Part shown: positions 1-8,745 of the stretch, piece after piece
How the letters are laid out: each line of letters opens with the position of its first letter
Numbering within the stretch: the first letter of the stretch is position 1
From: a virus
Lineage: Duplodnaviria; Caudoviricetes
IMG/VR virus record: IMGVR_UViG_3300007516_001784
Location: 1 to 64,000 of that record
Strand: one strand, 5' to 3'
Length of the DNA stretch: 64,000 bases
The notes under the pieces: generated by a model
Told to the model about the DNA's origin: nothing
What the model saw: only the letters and a program-made list of their open reading frames with translations
Databases searched by the model: none
Translations under genes and position numbers: made by a program

Positions 1-228
1 AACGAGCACGATTGTGCGGATTGCATCGACACCGAATACTATTCCAAGTGGGAAGAATAATCTTCTCACACTGAAGAGTTTTCCACTCCCCCGCCCATAT
101 GGCAGTCGATGCCATAATGGCAGGGGAGGGGGGTTTTTTCACGGTGGAAAACTTTTCCGTTACCCGGTGAGACGGGGGGTGGCTTTTCCACAGGGCGACG
201 CACTTTTCAGAAGCTATCTCCTCAGGTC

Positions 229-1998
229 TTAGGCTGTGCGAGCCAGGACTGCTTCCAAACAAGCTCCCCAACTCTTATCGCTCATCGCACGCAAGCTTGC
301 TAGCTTCGCTTCCCTACTTGAAGCGACGACCCAATGGCGTAAGGAAACGTTCAACCATTTTAACCTGCGAGTACTCATGTATGTGAGTGCGAGCAGGTTA
401 TTCGTGTGTGCCGGATCGCCAAACCCGTTACTGTTAGATACGCTCACAGGTACGGGTACCAAGTTGACATGAGTCCAAATCCAATGCGGAGGTCCTTTTG
501 CGGCACCTTGTGAATACTCGTCATCAATTGATGGCATGTCAAGAATCGTTGCACAAACAGCCGTCAACCTTGCGGCAGGCGATTTTTTCAATTGTGTTTG
601 TGCAGCATGGTATGCCATCCATACAAGCATTTCATGGAACGTCTGAATTCCCGTCGTATTAGCTGGGAAGTAGTCAGAATAGTAAGTTCCAACAATACCG
701 TTAGGCATTACGGCCTCATCCATAAGGCTGACCATCTTTGAAAGCCACGAAGTGCGATGAAATCCCATTCGATGCACCTGTGCCCCCAGATACAAGCTCC
801 AAGCGAACCTTCTGTCAATCACTGCTCCGTTATGCGGATTCAAGTTGATCTGATATGCCATTGCATTAATCGACGGAGCCGTGTAACTCGGATCGTGAGA
901 CACTGCGTCCTCACGATCCGAAAATTCTGTGAATCGCGTGTTCTCAAACAGCATCACAAGATCGTCGGCAATCATAGGGTCGTGGGTATACTCCCAAACG
1001 GCTATGCCGTTTGAAGCGGCACGAATCATGTGAGCGGTGTCGATCGAGTATACGTTCCACTCATCCGCATTCGTTGATGGGCCAGGATTGAATTGCGGAT
1101 ACTGTGTGTTTCCCCATTCCCCTCTAAGGAACGTAGAAAGATCATTCTGCCATTGCCAGAAACCCGGACCAGTGATTTGCTGCACTGATGTATTGACCTC
1201 AAGGACGGTCAATTGACGGCCACGACCATCGAAGATGGCCACATTCATGCGATCCATCCATCTATTGTGTTTAAAGCGGCGTAACAGTGTGTTACCGCGA
1301 CATTGCTCATAACCGTGGTTTACGTCGATACCATTACCGCCGTGCGTGTACGCTTCCGGCTCACCAGCACCCATGCGTGGACCAATACGTGGAGCTACAC
1401 TTTCCCAGCCACCTTTTGGTTGACCTGTACGCCAAGCATTGATCCAAGCTTCATACTCGGCTAGCGAGCTAGCCTCGTAGTTTTGATTATCGACATTGGG
1501 CAAAGGAATCTTGCTCGGGCCATAGCCACGCTTAAGGGGCTGCCACGGATGATCTTCTAAATCTTCCATTCTAAGCTTGATTGCCGCCAGGGCAATCAGC
1601 TCTGGACGGCAGACAGCGAAGCGTTGAGAAATAGTGGCACGCGGCAAGAAGCTGAGGATGTCGCCAGTGTGCAATGTCAGTGTAGGTGTAATCTCGCCAT
1701 CCTCAGTGACAATTACATTGCCGTGGGGAGCGGTAATGCAAAGCGAGTCATAACGAACGATGCCACGCCACATCCACTTTCCAGCGGCGTCACGTTCAAG
1801 CGTACCATTATTGATTCGCAAAGAACAAAGAGCAACACCTTCGGTATTTTCGGTATAGACGTGAGCACCCATAAGTGCGGGCTGGCCGGAACACACAAAG
1901 CGATTGTATTTCTTGCCATTATCAAGAGGCAAAATGCAAGAGAAGTCGCCGCGATCGACGACTCCCATCACAATAGTCAAGCTAGATTGTTTACGCAT
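229..1998 (-). CDS. Hypothetical protein, 589 aa
   Basis: Long ORF whose start overlaps the upstream gene's stop. No family confidently recognised; the C-terminal half looks helical and aromatic-rich. Confidence 0.8.
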   Translation of the reverse strand: MRKQSSLTIVMGVVDRGDFSCILPLDNGKKYNRFVCSGQPALMGAHVYTENTEGVALCSLRINNGTLERDAAGKWMWRGIVRYDSLCITAPHGNVIVTEDGEITPTLTLHTGDILSFLPRATISQRFAVCRPELIALAAIKLRMEDLEDHPWQPLKRGYGPSKIPLPNVDNQNYEASSLAEYEAWINAWRTGQPKGGWESVAPRIGPRMGAGEPEAYTHGGNGIDVNHGYEQCRGNTLLRRFKHNRWMDRMNVAIFDGRGRQLTVLEVNTSVQQITGPGFWQWQNDLSTFLRGEWGNTQYPQFNPGPSTNADEWNVYSIDTAHMIRAASNGIAVWEYTHDPMIADDLVMLFENTRFTEFSDREDAVSHDPSYTAPSINAMAYQINLNPHNGAVIDRRFAWSLYLGAQVHRMGFHRTSWLSKMVSLMDEAVMPNGIVGTYYSDYFPANTTGIQTFHEMLVWMAYHAAQTQLKKSPAARLTAVCATILDMPSIDDEYSQGAAKGPPHWIWTHVNLVPVPVSVSNSNGFGDPAHTNNLLALTYMSTRRLKWLNVSLRHWVVASSREAKLASLRAMSDKSWGACLEAVLARTA

Positions 1999-2233
1999 AT
2001 TTCTTCTTCTTTTTTAACAGAACTCCGACATATGAGCCGACAAACAAACCAATTAAGTACGGTATAGCATGCTGCCAGTCATTCACAATCTCAATCGTAG
2101 CGAATAGACCGACTGCGGCAGTAGCCATACCCCAGAAGCCAGCACGAATCGGCCATTCCTTTTCGACGGCACTCATCCAGAGTACCCAGATAACATCTAG
2201 GCCGACGCCGACGAAAAAGAGCCACCAATTCAT
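1991..2233 (-). CDS. Small integral membrane protein (about 3 TM helices)
   Basis: 80 aa, three hydrophobic stretches, KKKKK tail; ATGA overlap with the C39 gene. Confidence 0.75.
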   Translation of the reverse strand: MNWWLFFVGVGLDVIWVLWMSAVEKEWPIRAGFWGMATAAVGLFATIEIVNDWQHAIPYLIGLFVGSYVGVLLKKKKKYA

Positions 2234-2742
2234 GTGCTTAGCTTCCTCTGAACGTTTTGCAACTGTCGAATCAATGCTTGTACCTTATGCTTACTTCGTC
2301 CAGTCACAACAAGAAACCAGCGAGTTGAGGATTCGCGTTCCTCGATTTTCCAAACGCCAAGGAAAAAAGGGATCCCATATTTGACAATTGTGCCAGTAAA
2401 GGGGTCACTCAAAATAACGTCCATGTCGTCATAGCCGGTCACTGTCATGTAATGGCCGATGCCGTCTTTCATAACGACATGGACGATTGGCAGTTGGTGT
2501 TTCGCCAACGCTTTTTTAAGCTTATTGAAATTCCCATGATCACTTTGTTTAAAATCAAACCCAAGGATCTTCAAGCCATGCTCAAAATCACTCATGCCGT
2601 TCTCGGTAGCACCAAGAACAACAGCCAGTTCACGATCGGTAAAATCCAAGCCAAACTGATAGTACAAAACCGTCCTAAGGCTCGCTGGGCCGCAACTCCA
2701 GCGAGTCTGTTGCTTGAATGGTTTTACATCATGAATGATCAT
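2230..2742 (-). CDS. C39-family cysteine peptidase
   Basis: QQTRWSCGPASL (catalytic Q/C), GHYMTV (His) and ILSDP (Asp) motifs. Confidence 0.85.
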   Translation of the reverse strand: MIIHDVKPFKQQTRWSCGPASLRTVLYYQFGLDFTDRELAVVLGATENGMSDFEHGLKILGFDFKQSDHGNFNKLKKALAKHQLPIVHVVMKDGIGHYMTVTGYDDMDVILSDPFTGTIVKYGIPFFLGVWKIEERESSTRWFLVVTGRSKHKVQALIRQLQNVQRKLST

Positions 2743-3450
2743 TTCAGCAATTCAAACCTGCCCCTACCAATTACATCTTCAACCCTATTAGTCTTAACAC
2801 CTGTTCTGTGATCCACGGCTCGCTGGTCGATGAAGTTATAAGTTCTAATCTTTTCTGTGCGACCACCGTTGCCAACCTGTTGTCGCTTAGCGGCTGCGGC
2901 CTTAGCGTTTATCCCCGCCACTTTTTCTTTTTCAAGTCTTGCTGCGAGAACCTTGAGTGCGAGCCGCTTATTGGAGTGCTGCTCTCTCCCATCAATAGTT
3001 ACGCTAATACCAGTCGGATCGTGTCGGGCAACAACACAAGATTCTGTTTTATTGCGATGTTGACCGCCAGGACCGCTTCCCCTCTTAGTCATTATAGTCA
3101 CTTCGCTCATATTGAGCTTAGTGACTAAAGCTTCCGAAGCCAGTTGCGTCACAGCGACCGTTACGATTGAGGTCTGTCGCCTCCCCCGTTTTTCCGTAGG
3201 TGGGACTCGCTGTACGCAATGTTTGCCAGCTTCGGCAGCAAAGAGACTGGCTGCGTTCGTTCCGCTAAAAACCAGCGATATCTTCCCTAAACTCCAATCT
3301 TCGTGTTCAAGCTTGCAACCATTGCTGTTTGCATATTTAACATAGGCCAATCCAAGATTCTCGCAGAACAACTTAGAGTCTGTTCCGCCCTCACCGGCCT
3401 GGATCTCAAAGACAGACGGCGTGCGATCCGTCAACGTATGAAGTTTTCAT
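2739..3450 (-). CDS. Class I peptide chain release factor, RF1-like, lacking domain 1; probable start ATG 3450 with +1 frameshift at CTT-TGA (alternative: TTG start at 3434)
   Basis: EIQAGEGG, HCVQRVPPTE (PxT peptide anticodon of RF1), GSGPGGQHRNKTES (GGQ) and EKIRTYNF...DHR motifs. Confidence 0.9.
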
Positions 3451-3488
3451 AATGTTATCTCACTAGTATGTAGCCATCGTGGCAATGT

Positions 3489-3517
3489 ATAGTAACACAT
3501 AAAGCGGCCACGGTCAA
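3489..3517 (-). promoter_or_regulatory. Sigma70-type promoter for the release-factor operon
   Basis: Minus strand reads TTGACC-N17-TACTAT with an extended -10 TG, in the gap upstream of ATG 3450. Confidence 0.7.
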
Positions 3518-3525
3518 TAGATTTT

Positions 3526-4089
3526 TCAGAATGAATAGCCAAGCGTGAACATGAATAGGTTGCTATCCGTGGGCGGTTCGTTAATCCAGATGTCTTCGTC
3601 TTCGCCCCAGAACGTACGTCGATACATGATACCACACGTATAGTGTTCGTCAAACAGAAAATTCAGTCCCGTTTGTGCATAAGGCGAGTACGCCACGCTA
3701 CGATCGGAAAACTCTCCCGCATACGTAACGTCTACTTTTGTTTTAAGGGCGGTAGCAGAGAGCCCACCACTTACGTACACTTGAAAAGAATCGCCAAGCA
3801 TGAAGTTCTTTCGCATACCGATAGAAAGTTCTTCAATGCGTGACTTGGTGTAATTCACGGGACGATTCACGTACTGATCGTCCCGTGAAGTGTCGTCACT
3901 GACAATCAGTGAGAATTCTGGTCCGAATCCTTCTTGTCCAGCTAGGTGAGCCTGGATACCGACCGCAACTTGTTGGTCCGTTTGTTCCCAACTTTCACGA
4001 CTATCAAAGTCACGTACACCGGCCATCAAATCAACGTGAGGTTGATTAATGCTACAGGAAGCGAAAAGAAGAGCAAGTAGAAATTTCAT
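3526..4089 (-). CDS. Outer-membrane beta-barrel protein with signal/lipobox-like N-terminus
   Basis: MKFLLALLFASC N-terminus, alternating beta-strand pattern, C-terminal FTLGYSF typical of the BAM insertion signal. Confidence 0.75.
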   Translation of the reverse strand: MKFLLALLFASCSINQPHVDLMAGVRDFDSRESWEQTDQQVAVGIQAHLAGQEGFGPEFSLIVSDDTSRDDQYVNRPVNYTKSRIEELSIGMRKNFMLGDSFQVYVSGGLSATALKTKVDVTYAGEFSDRSVAYSPYAQTGLNFLFDEHYTCGIMYRRTFWGEDEDIWINEPPTDSNLFMFTLGYSF

Positions 4090-4589
4090 ATGATTGTCTC
4101 AGGATTAAAGATGTTGATTGGCTTACCAGCCTTCTGAGCGAACCCCACCGTGTGTGCGGTTCCACCCTTTGTGCCGTTCCAATAAGCTACAAGCTCGTCG
4201 CAGGCATTCACAAGATCTATGTCGCGATCAAGCATAGCTTGAATCGCAGACGACTTATCCGTAATTTCAGCATCACTGTGAGTGTATCTCACTTCAACGC
4301 ACTTATCAAGAAGGTTCCGCAAATGCTTGCGGCCTGACACCGGCCAGAGCTTATCAAAGCTCGGAAATGGCAGGATTGCTACTACGGGGATTTCCAGGTG
4401 GTGTCCCACTTCCATCCAAAACTGGTCGATGCCATTGGCACCACCTGAATAGATGGTTACGTCGCCATGTTCGGCCTTTAGCCGCAACAATGTATCTCTC
4501 ATGTGGCGACGTATTGCCCTGTGCTTTTCGCACGGAGCGTACCCGCCTAACTTAGGAGGTCTATGACCTGTTGCTGAAAAATGTCGCAT
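4086..4589 (-). CDS. SLOG superfamily protein (YspA/DUF1273-like)
   Basis: TGHRP, SGGANGID and LVAYWNGTKGGTAHTV motifs. Confidence 0.85.
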   Translation of the reverse strand: MRHFSATGHRPPKLGGYAPCEKHRAIRRHMRDTLLRLKAEHGDVTIYSGGANGIDQFWMEVGHHLEIPVVAILPFPSFDKLWPVSGRKHLRNLLDKCVEVRYTHSDAEITDKSSAIQAMLDRDIDLVNACDELVAYWNGTKGGTAHTVGFAQKAGKPINIFNPETII

Positions 4590-4592
4590 ATC

Positions 4593-5006
4593 TTATAGCT
4601 TCTCTACCACAATCCCCGCTTTGCGTAATAAGGCGAGCCCTTCGGCGAGCCTATATTCTTCGTCGTACACTACTCGCTTGATACCGGCCTGAATGATCAT
4701 CTTGCTACATTCGTAGCATGGGGAGCAGGTGACATACAGAGTAGCATCCTGCGAGCTATTTGTTGATTTAGCAATTTTCGCGATAGCATTCGACTCGGCG
4801 TGCAAGACCTCGGGCTTTGTAACTAAACCATCATCAGTTTCACATTGATTATCTGCACCGCTATAAGTGCCGTTGCATCCCTCGGCAATAATGTGACCAT
4901 CGGTCACCACAATGGCACCGACCTTCTTACGTTCCGCATAACTTAGAGCCGCTATGGCTCTAGCACAATGCATATACGCTTCATCCAGTTTTCTTTGTGT
5001 CACCAT
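4593..5006 (-). CDS. dCMP deaminase
   Basis: KVGAIVV, HAESNAI and TCSPCYEC zinc-deaminase motifs. Confidence 0.92.
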   Translation of the reverse strand: MVTQRKLDEAYMHCARAIAALSYAERKKVGAIVVTDGHIIAEGCNGTYSGADNQCETDDGLVTKPEVLHAESNAIAKIAKSTNSSQDATLYVTCSPCYECSKMIIQAGIKRVVYDEEYRLAEGLALLRKAGIVVEKL

Positions 5007-5466
5007 GATATTTAATCGTTATGTTAACGGCTGCTTCGCTAATTCGCTTAAAAACAACTGCTGGAGGCGTTTCTGTGGGTTTATGATGTACTACAAACAA
5101 TTCGTTTGCCGCTTCATTCATTAACTGATTCGCTTCATGCATCTTAACCATAGCAACTTGAATTTTTACACATGCACGCAGATATTCTAGTTTAGCCTTG
5201 ACGTGATTAAAAGACTCTTGTAGTCCAGCAATGCCTCGTCTCGCAATGGTAGCTTGCGGCTCATCTACCATCAGATACTCGCCGTGTGTACTAGTTGGAT
5301 GACAATACGATATCAAAGCACCATTAATGTCTTCGGCATCAATAGCGACACCACTAAACTTATGAATGGCGAGATCAAATTCATGTGCAGCAAACTGCTC
5401 AAGACATTCCTCATCAATGAATTCTAATTCGTCTTTTGTTGACGTGTAAACATAAAACCTCATCAC
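4981..5466 (-). CDS. Hypothetical protein
   Basis: 161-aa ORF tightly packed in the minus-strand operon. Confidence 0.65.
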   Translation of the reverse strand: MMRFYVYTSTKDELEFIDEECLEQFAAHEFDLAIHKFSGVAIDAEDINGALISYCHPTSTHGEYLMVDEPQATIARRGIAGLQESFNHVKAKLEYLRACVKIQVAMVKMHEANQLMNEAANELFVVHHKPTETPPAVVFKRISEAAVNITIKYHGDTKKTG

Positions 5467-5753
5467 ACTCTCCCTAACTTAATGAGAATGGTGAGTAACT
5501 CGTGTAACCGAATTTCAATCTCGTTCTGTTCTGTCGGACGTAGTTTTTGTGTGGCAAGACGCTTGATATGTTCTGCTGCTTGCACATCAATTGTTTTAAT
5601 AGCCATGTTCGTTTGAGCCTGTTCATTCCATCCATTAAGTAATGCTGTAGCAATACTTAATGCAAGTCCAAGTTCGGGACGACTGGCCACAAGCAATCCA
5701 AGGCCAGTCTTGATCGCGGGATTATTTAGTACGTCATTAAGTGTATCATTCAT
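5463..5753 (-). CDS. Hypothetical protein
   Basis: 96-aa ORF overlapping both neighbours. Confidence 0.65.
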   Translation of the reverse strand: MNDTLNDVLNNPAIKTGLGLLVASRPELGLALSIATALLNGWNEQAQTNMAIKTIDVQAAEHIKRLATQKLRPTEQNEIEIRLHELLTILIKLGRV

Positions 5754-6384
5754 ACCAATTCCATCCTGGCTCGTTCGACAGACCGAGACGCTTCAACTCT
5801 TTTTTGTTCAATTGTTTAATAGCACGAACATAACGTTTCGGAAGCAATTGCATCTTGCGTTCACCAGGAACATACCGATACTCCAGTTTCTCGGTCGGTA
5901 TCGTAAAGTATTCGCCTTCAAACCAGCAATCATTAACACGGGTATACGGACGACCATCAATCACGCACAGATCAGGATCTAGCTGTCTAGATCTCCATGG
6001 TCCTTCACGCTTCTCGCTAACACGTCGAAGAATACCTTTAGTATCATAATAATAGTGATGTGTGTAAGGACGAAGAGACATCTCGATTTCGGACACAACC
6101 TGACGATCAATGTGATCACGCAGATGCTTGCCATTGAAATTACGACAATCTGTAACGGCACAAATTTCAGAATACACTTTTGACCAGGGGCGATCAACGT
6201 TCTGCTTTAAAAAGTTGTATAGGGGAGTCAGATAATCGCGAGGACCATCGTCCCAGCCATAAAAACGCCCCTTCATGTTGTCGCGATCGGGAGCATTTTC
6301 AAGATCACGAAAACGATTCTTCTTGTAGGTATACCTCGAACGGCTATGTCCCTTGGTAATCAATTTCGCCATATCTTTACGCAT
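5746..6384 (-). CDS. Basic hypothetical protein
   Basis: 212 aa, Arg/Lys-rich; segment PLYNFLKQNVDRPWSKVYSEIC; function unknown. Confidence 0.7.
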   Translation of the reverse strand: MRKDMAKLITKGHSRSRYTYKKNRFRDLENAPDRDNMKGRFYGWDDGPRDYLTPLYNFLKQNVDRPWSKVYSEICAVTDCRNFNGKHLRDHIDRQVVSEIEMSLRPYTHHYYYDTKGILRRVSEKREGPWRSRQLDPDLCVIDGRPYTRVNDCWFEGEYFTIPTEKLEYRYVPGERKMQLLPKRYVRAIKQLNKKELKRLGLSNEPGWNWYE

Positions 6385-6387
6385 AAA

Positions 6388-6627
6388 TTACACCTTAAAA
6401 GTCAGCTCTAGTCCACGAGGAGTTTCTACATATCTTACACGAATGTTGATAACACAGTCTTGATCATTCGTCAAGCGAGAACGCACAAACGCTGCGAGCA
6501 AAGACTTCGCAGTGTTAATAGCAGCTTGCTGAGCCAAATTAGCATTCTCGCCATTAATGACTCGGCTGCTACGGATCTTACCGTTCTTGATTGTGAACTC
6601 AGTTACATACTTAGTGTTTACTCGCAT
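6388..6627 (-). CDS. Hypothetical protein
   Basis: 79-aa ORF with GAGGT SD-like sequence upstream; fills the operon gap. Confidence 0.6.
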   Translation of the reverse strand: MRVNTKYVTEFTIKNGKIRSSRVINGENANLAQQAAINTAKSLLAAFVRSRLTNDQDCVINIRVRYVETPRGLELTFKV

Positions 6628-6640
6628 ACTTGATGATACC

Positions 6641-7354
6641 TCATTTGCAATGACTTGTCAACTGGAAACAGTCATTGCGGCCAACTTGTTGCAGACCCAG
6701 AAGATTTTTCCATGCTAGTGTTGCCTCTAATTTCGTCAATTTCGAAGACCTATTTCTGTTGCCTACAGCCGGAAACATGACTAGCTTACGAGCATCAAAC
6801 TCCGCAGGAATCATGTAAGAACCAGTAAATCCTGCCTGATCACCTATATTCAAAAAATGCGGCAAACCAAAAACGTGTCCTAGTTCATGTAGAGCGACGA
6901 CGTGAGCCATTTCAGCATCTAGCTCCAAGATCGTACGACTTAGTGCCAATAAGTTTTGACTCCAATCCCAAAAGCCAAGTATTTGAGGTGGTTGATTGTA
7001 TGGTGGGGCATGGATGTCCACAATGTGAACCCGAATGACGCCACGTTGATTGGCCATCGAATCCAGATTGAATGGAAAGGTTGCCGGTGGCTCCAATAAA
7101 ACCGCACACTCAATTGGTAGCACGTCAGCCCATTCACGAAGAGCGTTCTGAAATGCTTGACTTGTTACTGGAGCTTGAGCGACTTCCTGTGTAAAGAGAA
7201 CAAAATTGACACGCACAAAGTATGCATCAGGTTCATGTACTACGTTTACCACTTGTTCAGGTAACGCTGTAGATAGAATTCTTGGCTCGGCTTTTGGGGA
7301 TGTGGTACATGCCATCATCAAAATGGCAAACGGTCCAACCATTAACTTAATCAT
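6641..7354 (-). CDS. Metzincin (matrixin-like) zinc metalloprotease, predicted lipoprotein
   Basis: HELGHVFGLPH zinc motif, LVMFP Met-turn, LMMAC lipobox-like signal; GGGAGG SD 7 nt before ATG 7354. Confidence 0.85.
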   Translation of the reverse strand: MIKLMVGPFAILMMACTTSPKAEPRILSTALPEQVVNVVHEPDAYFVRVNFVLFTQEVAQAPVTSQAFQNALREWADVLPIECAVLLEPPATFPFNLDSMANQRGVIRVHIVDIHAPPYNQPPQILGFWDWSQNLLALSRTILELDAEMAHVVALHELGHVFGLPHFLNIGDQAGFTGSYMIPAEFDARKLVMFPAVGNRNRSSKLTKLEATLAWKNLLGLQQVGRNDCFQLTSHCK

Positions 7355-7602
7355 GCCCACGCCTCCCGTCGAGAGTGTCCTATCGTAAGAACCACGTTAG
7401 ATTAAACTAACATTAGCACGGGAGGCGGCTTAAAAAGAGGGAATATCAGTTGGCCTGTGTATTAGACTAATGATGCCGCGACAAGATATTAGCTTAGATA
7501 GCTAGTCACACTCGGCTCCGCCTATGTTCTTCTCAGCCTATGCTGAACTATAGTTACATGGTTTTAGCGGTTTGGTAAGTAAAATGATGGATTTCCCAGA
7601 AA

Positions 7603-7878
7603 ATGGAAATTAAATTAGTAACTACTGAAGAGTTGGCAACCCTTGAAGGGTCGTTACCGGATAACACTCTGGTAATGGCTTTCAAGATGGTGGCATTTGG
7701 CCCCAACACATTGGCCGAGGCAGAACGACGCGGATCAAAAATTTGTGAAATTGCTGCCCAACAGCCCATGTTTTTCATTATTGGTGAGTCACCGGAAGGG
7801 TTGAGGCAGACCATGCATGACCTCGTTGACCGCTTTTGTAACACAAGTGAAGGTAAGAACAATGAATCAACGCATTAG
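7603..7878 (+). CDS. Hypothetical protein
   Basis: First ORF of the plus-strand block, 91 aa. Confidence 0.6.
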   Translation: MEIKLVTTEELATLEGSLPDNTLVMAFKMVAFGPNTLAEAERRGSKICEIAAQQPMFFIIGESPEGLRQTMHDLVDRFCNTSEGKNNESTH

Positions 7879-8158
7879 TCGTAGTAAAGATAACAAGAAC
7901 AACCTCAATTTTGTATCCATCAACACTGGCGGACACACCGCTCGTCACGCTCCAAACGAAGATCCACAAGTGCAAGTACCTCAAAAAATCACTGGCGAAC
8001 TGAAGCCGGAAGTGTCACAGGGCATCGCCAAAGCTTCACCTAATTTCAAGCCCATTACTCCTCCTGCTAAAGCAATGGACAAGATGGACGAAAAGAAGAT
8101 TATTTGCGAAAACTCAACGACGGTTACGGATAGCGAAAAGAACGACATTAAGGAATGA
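7862..8158 (+). CDS. Hypothetical low-complexity protein
   Basis: GAAGG SD-like sequence before ATG 7862; ATGA overlap with the next gene. Confidence 0.55.
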   Translation: MNQRISRSKDNKNNLNFVSINTGGHTARHAPNEDPQVQVPQKITGELKPEVSQGIAKASPNFKPITPPAKAMDKMDEKKIICENSTTVTDSEKNDIKE

Positions 8159-8745
8159 CTTTTGTAGTCGCTAGTAGCGGTACCCCAGCTTACAGTGACA
8201 TCAGCGACATCGTTGAGGCATTGATTAACACTGAGGGCAGACGATATCCTATTCCTGGCTATGATCATGAAGATATAGCTCAGGAAGTTAGGGTTGAGTG
8301 TCTTCGTGTTTTGCCGTTTTTTGATTCTGATCGTATTGGCCCTTCGCCATACAAGTATTTGCAGACATGCGTGCGTAATTTCTTGTATAATATGCGTAGA
8401 GGTATTTGGGTACCAAATAACCCACCATGTGTTCGTTGTCCATTGTGGGATCGCATGAGACGAACATGTACTATAGATGAAATAGGATGTGATAAGATCG
8501 TGCAGTACAGAGAAAATATGGCGGCGAAGGCCGACTTACGTAGACCCTCGTCTCTTGAAGACGATGTACTAGACAATAATCAGGACGAACTAACTGATGC
8601 TATGCTACTAGATCAGAGTATTCGCGGCGTACTGCCACCTCGTCTTATTCCTTTTTATGAAAAGATGCTGGTCGGAGAAAAGATATCCGCCAGAACTAAA
8701 CGAGAAATTCGTTTGATTGTGACGGAGATTATTAACAATGCCTAA
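8155..8745 (+). CDS. Sigma-factor-like protein (region-2-like) with Cys cluster
   Basis: DHEDIAQEV...FDSD...YKYLQTCVRNFLYNMRR resembles sigma region 2; CVRC...C...C insert. Confidence 0.6.
   Translation: MTFVVASSGTPAYSDISDIVEALINTEGRRYPIPGYDHEDIAQEVRVECLRVLPFFDSDRIGPSPYKYLQTCVRNFLYNMRRGIWVPNNPPCVRCPLWDRMRRTCTIDEIGCDKIVQYRENMAAKADLRRPSSLEDDVLDNNQDELTDAMLLDQSIRGVLPPRLIPFYEKMLVGEKISARTKREIRLIVTEIINNA

Noticed and set aside
7430-7602. tRNA or known ncRNA in the divergent intergenic region (also checked 27001-27150 and 50153-50264)
   Set aside because: Only short hairpins; no cloverleaf or T-loop GTTCGA pattern.
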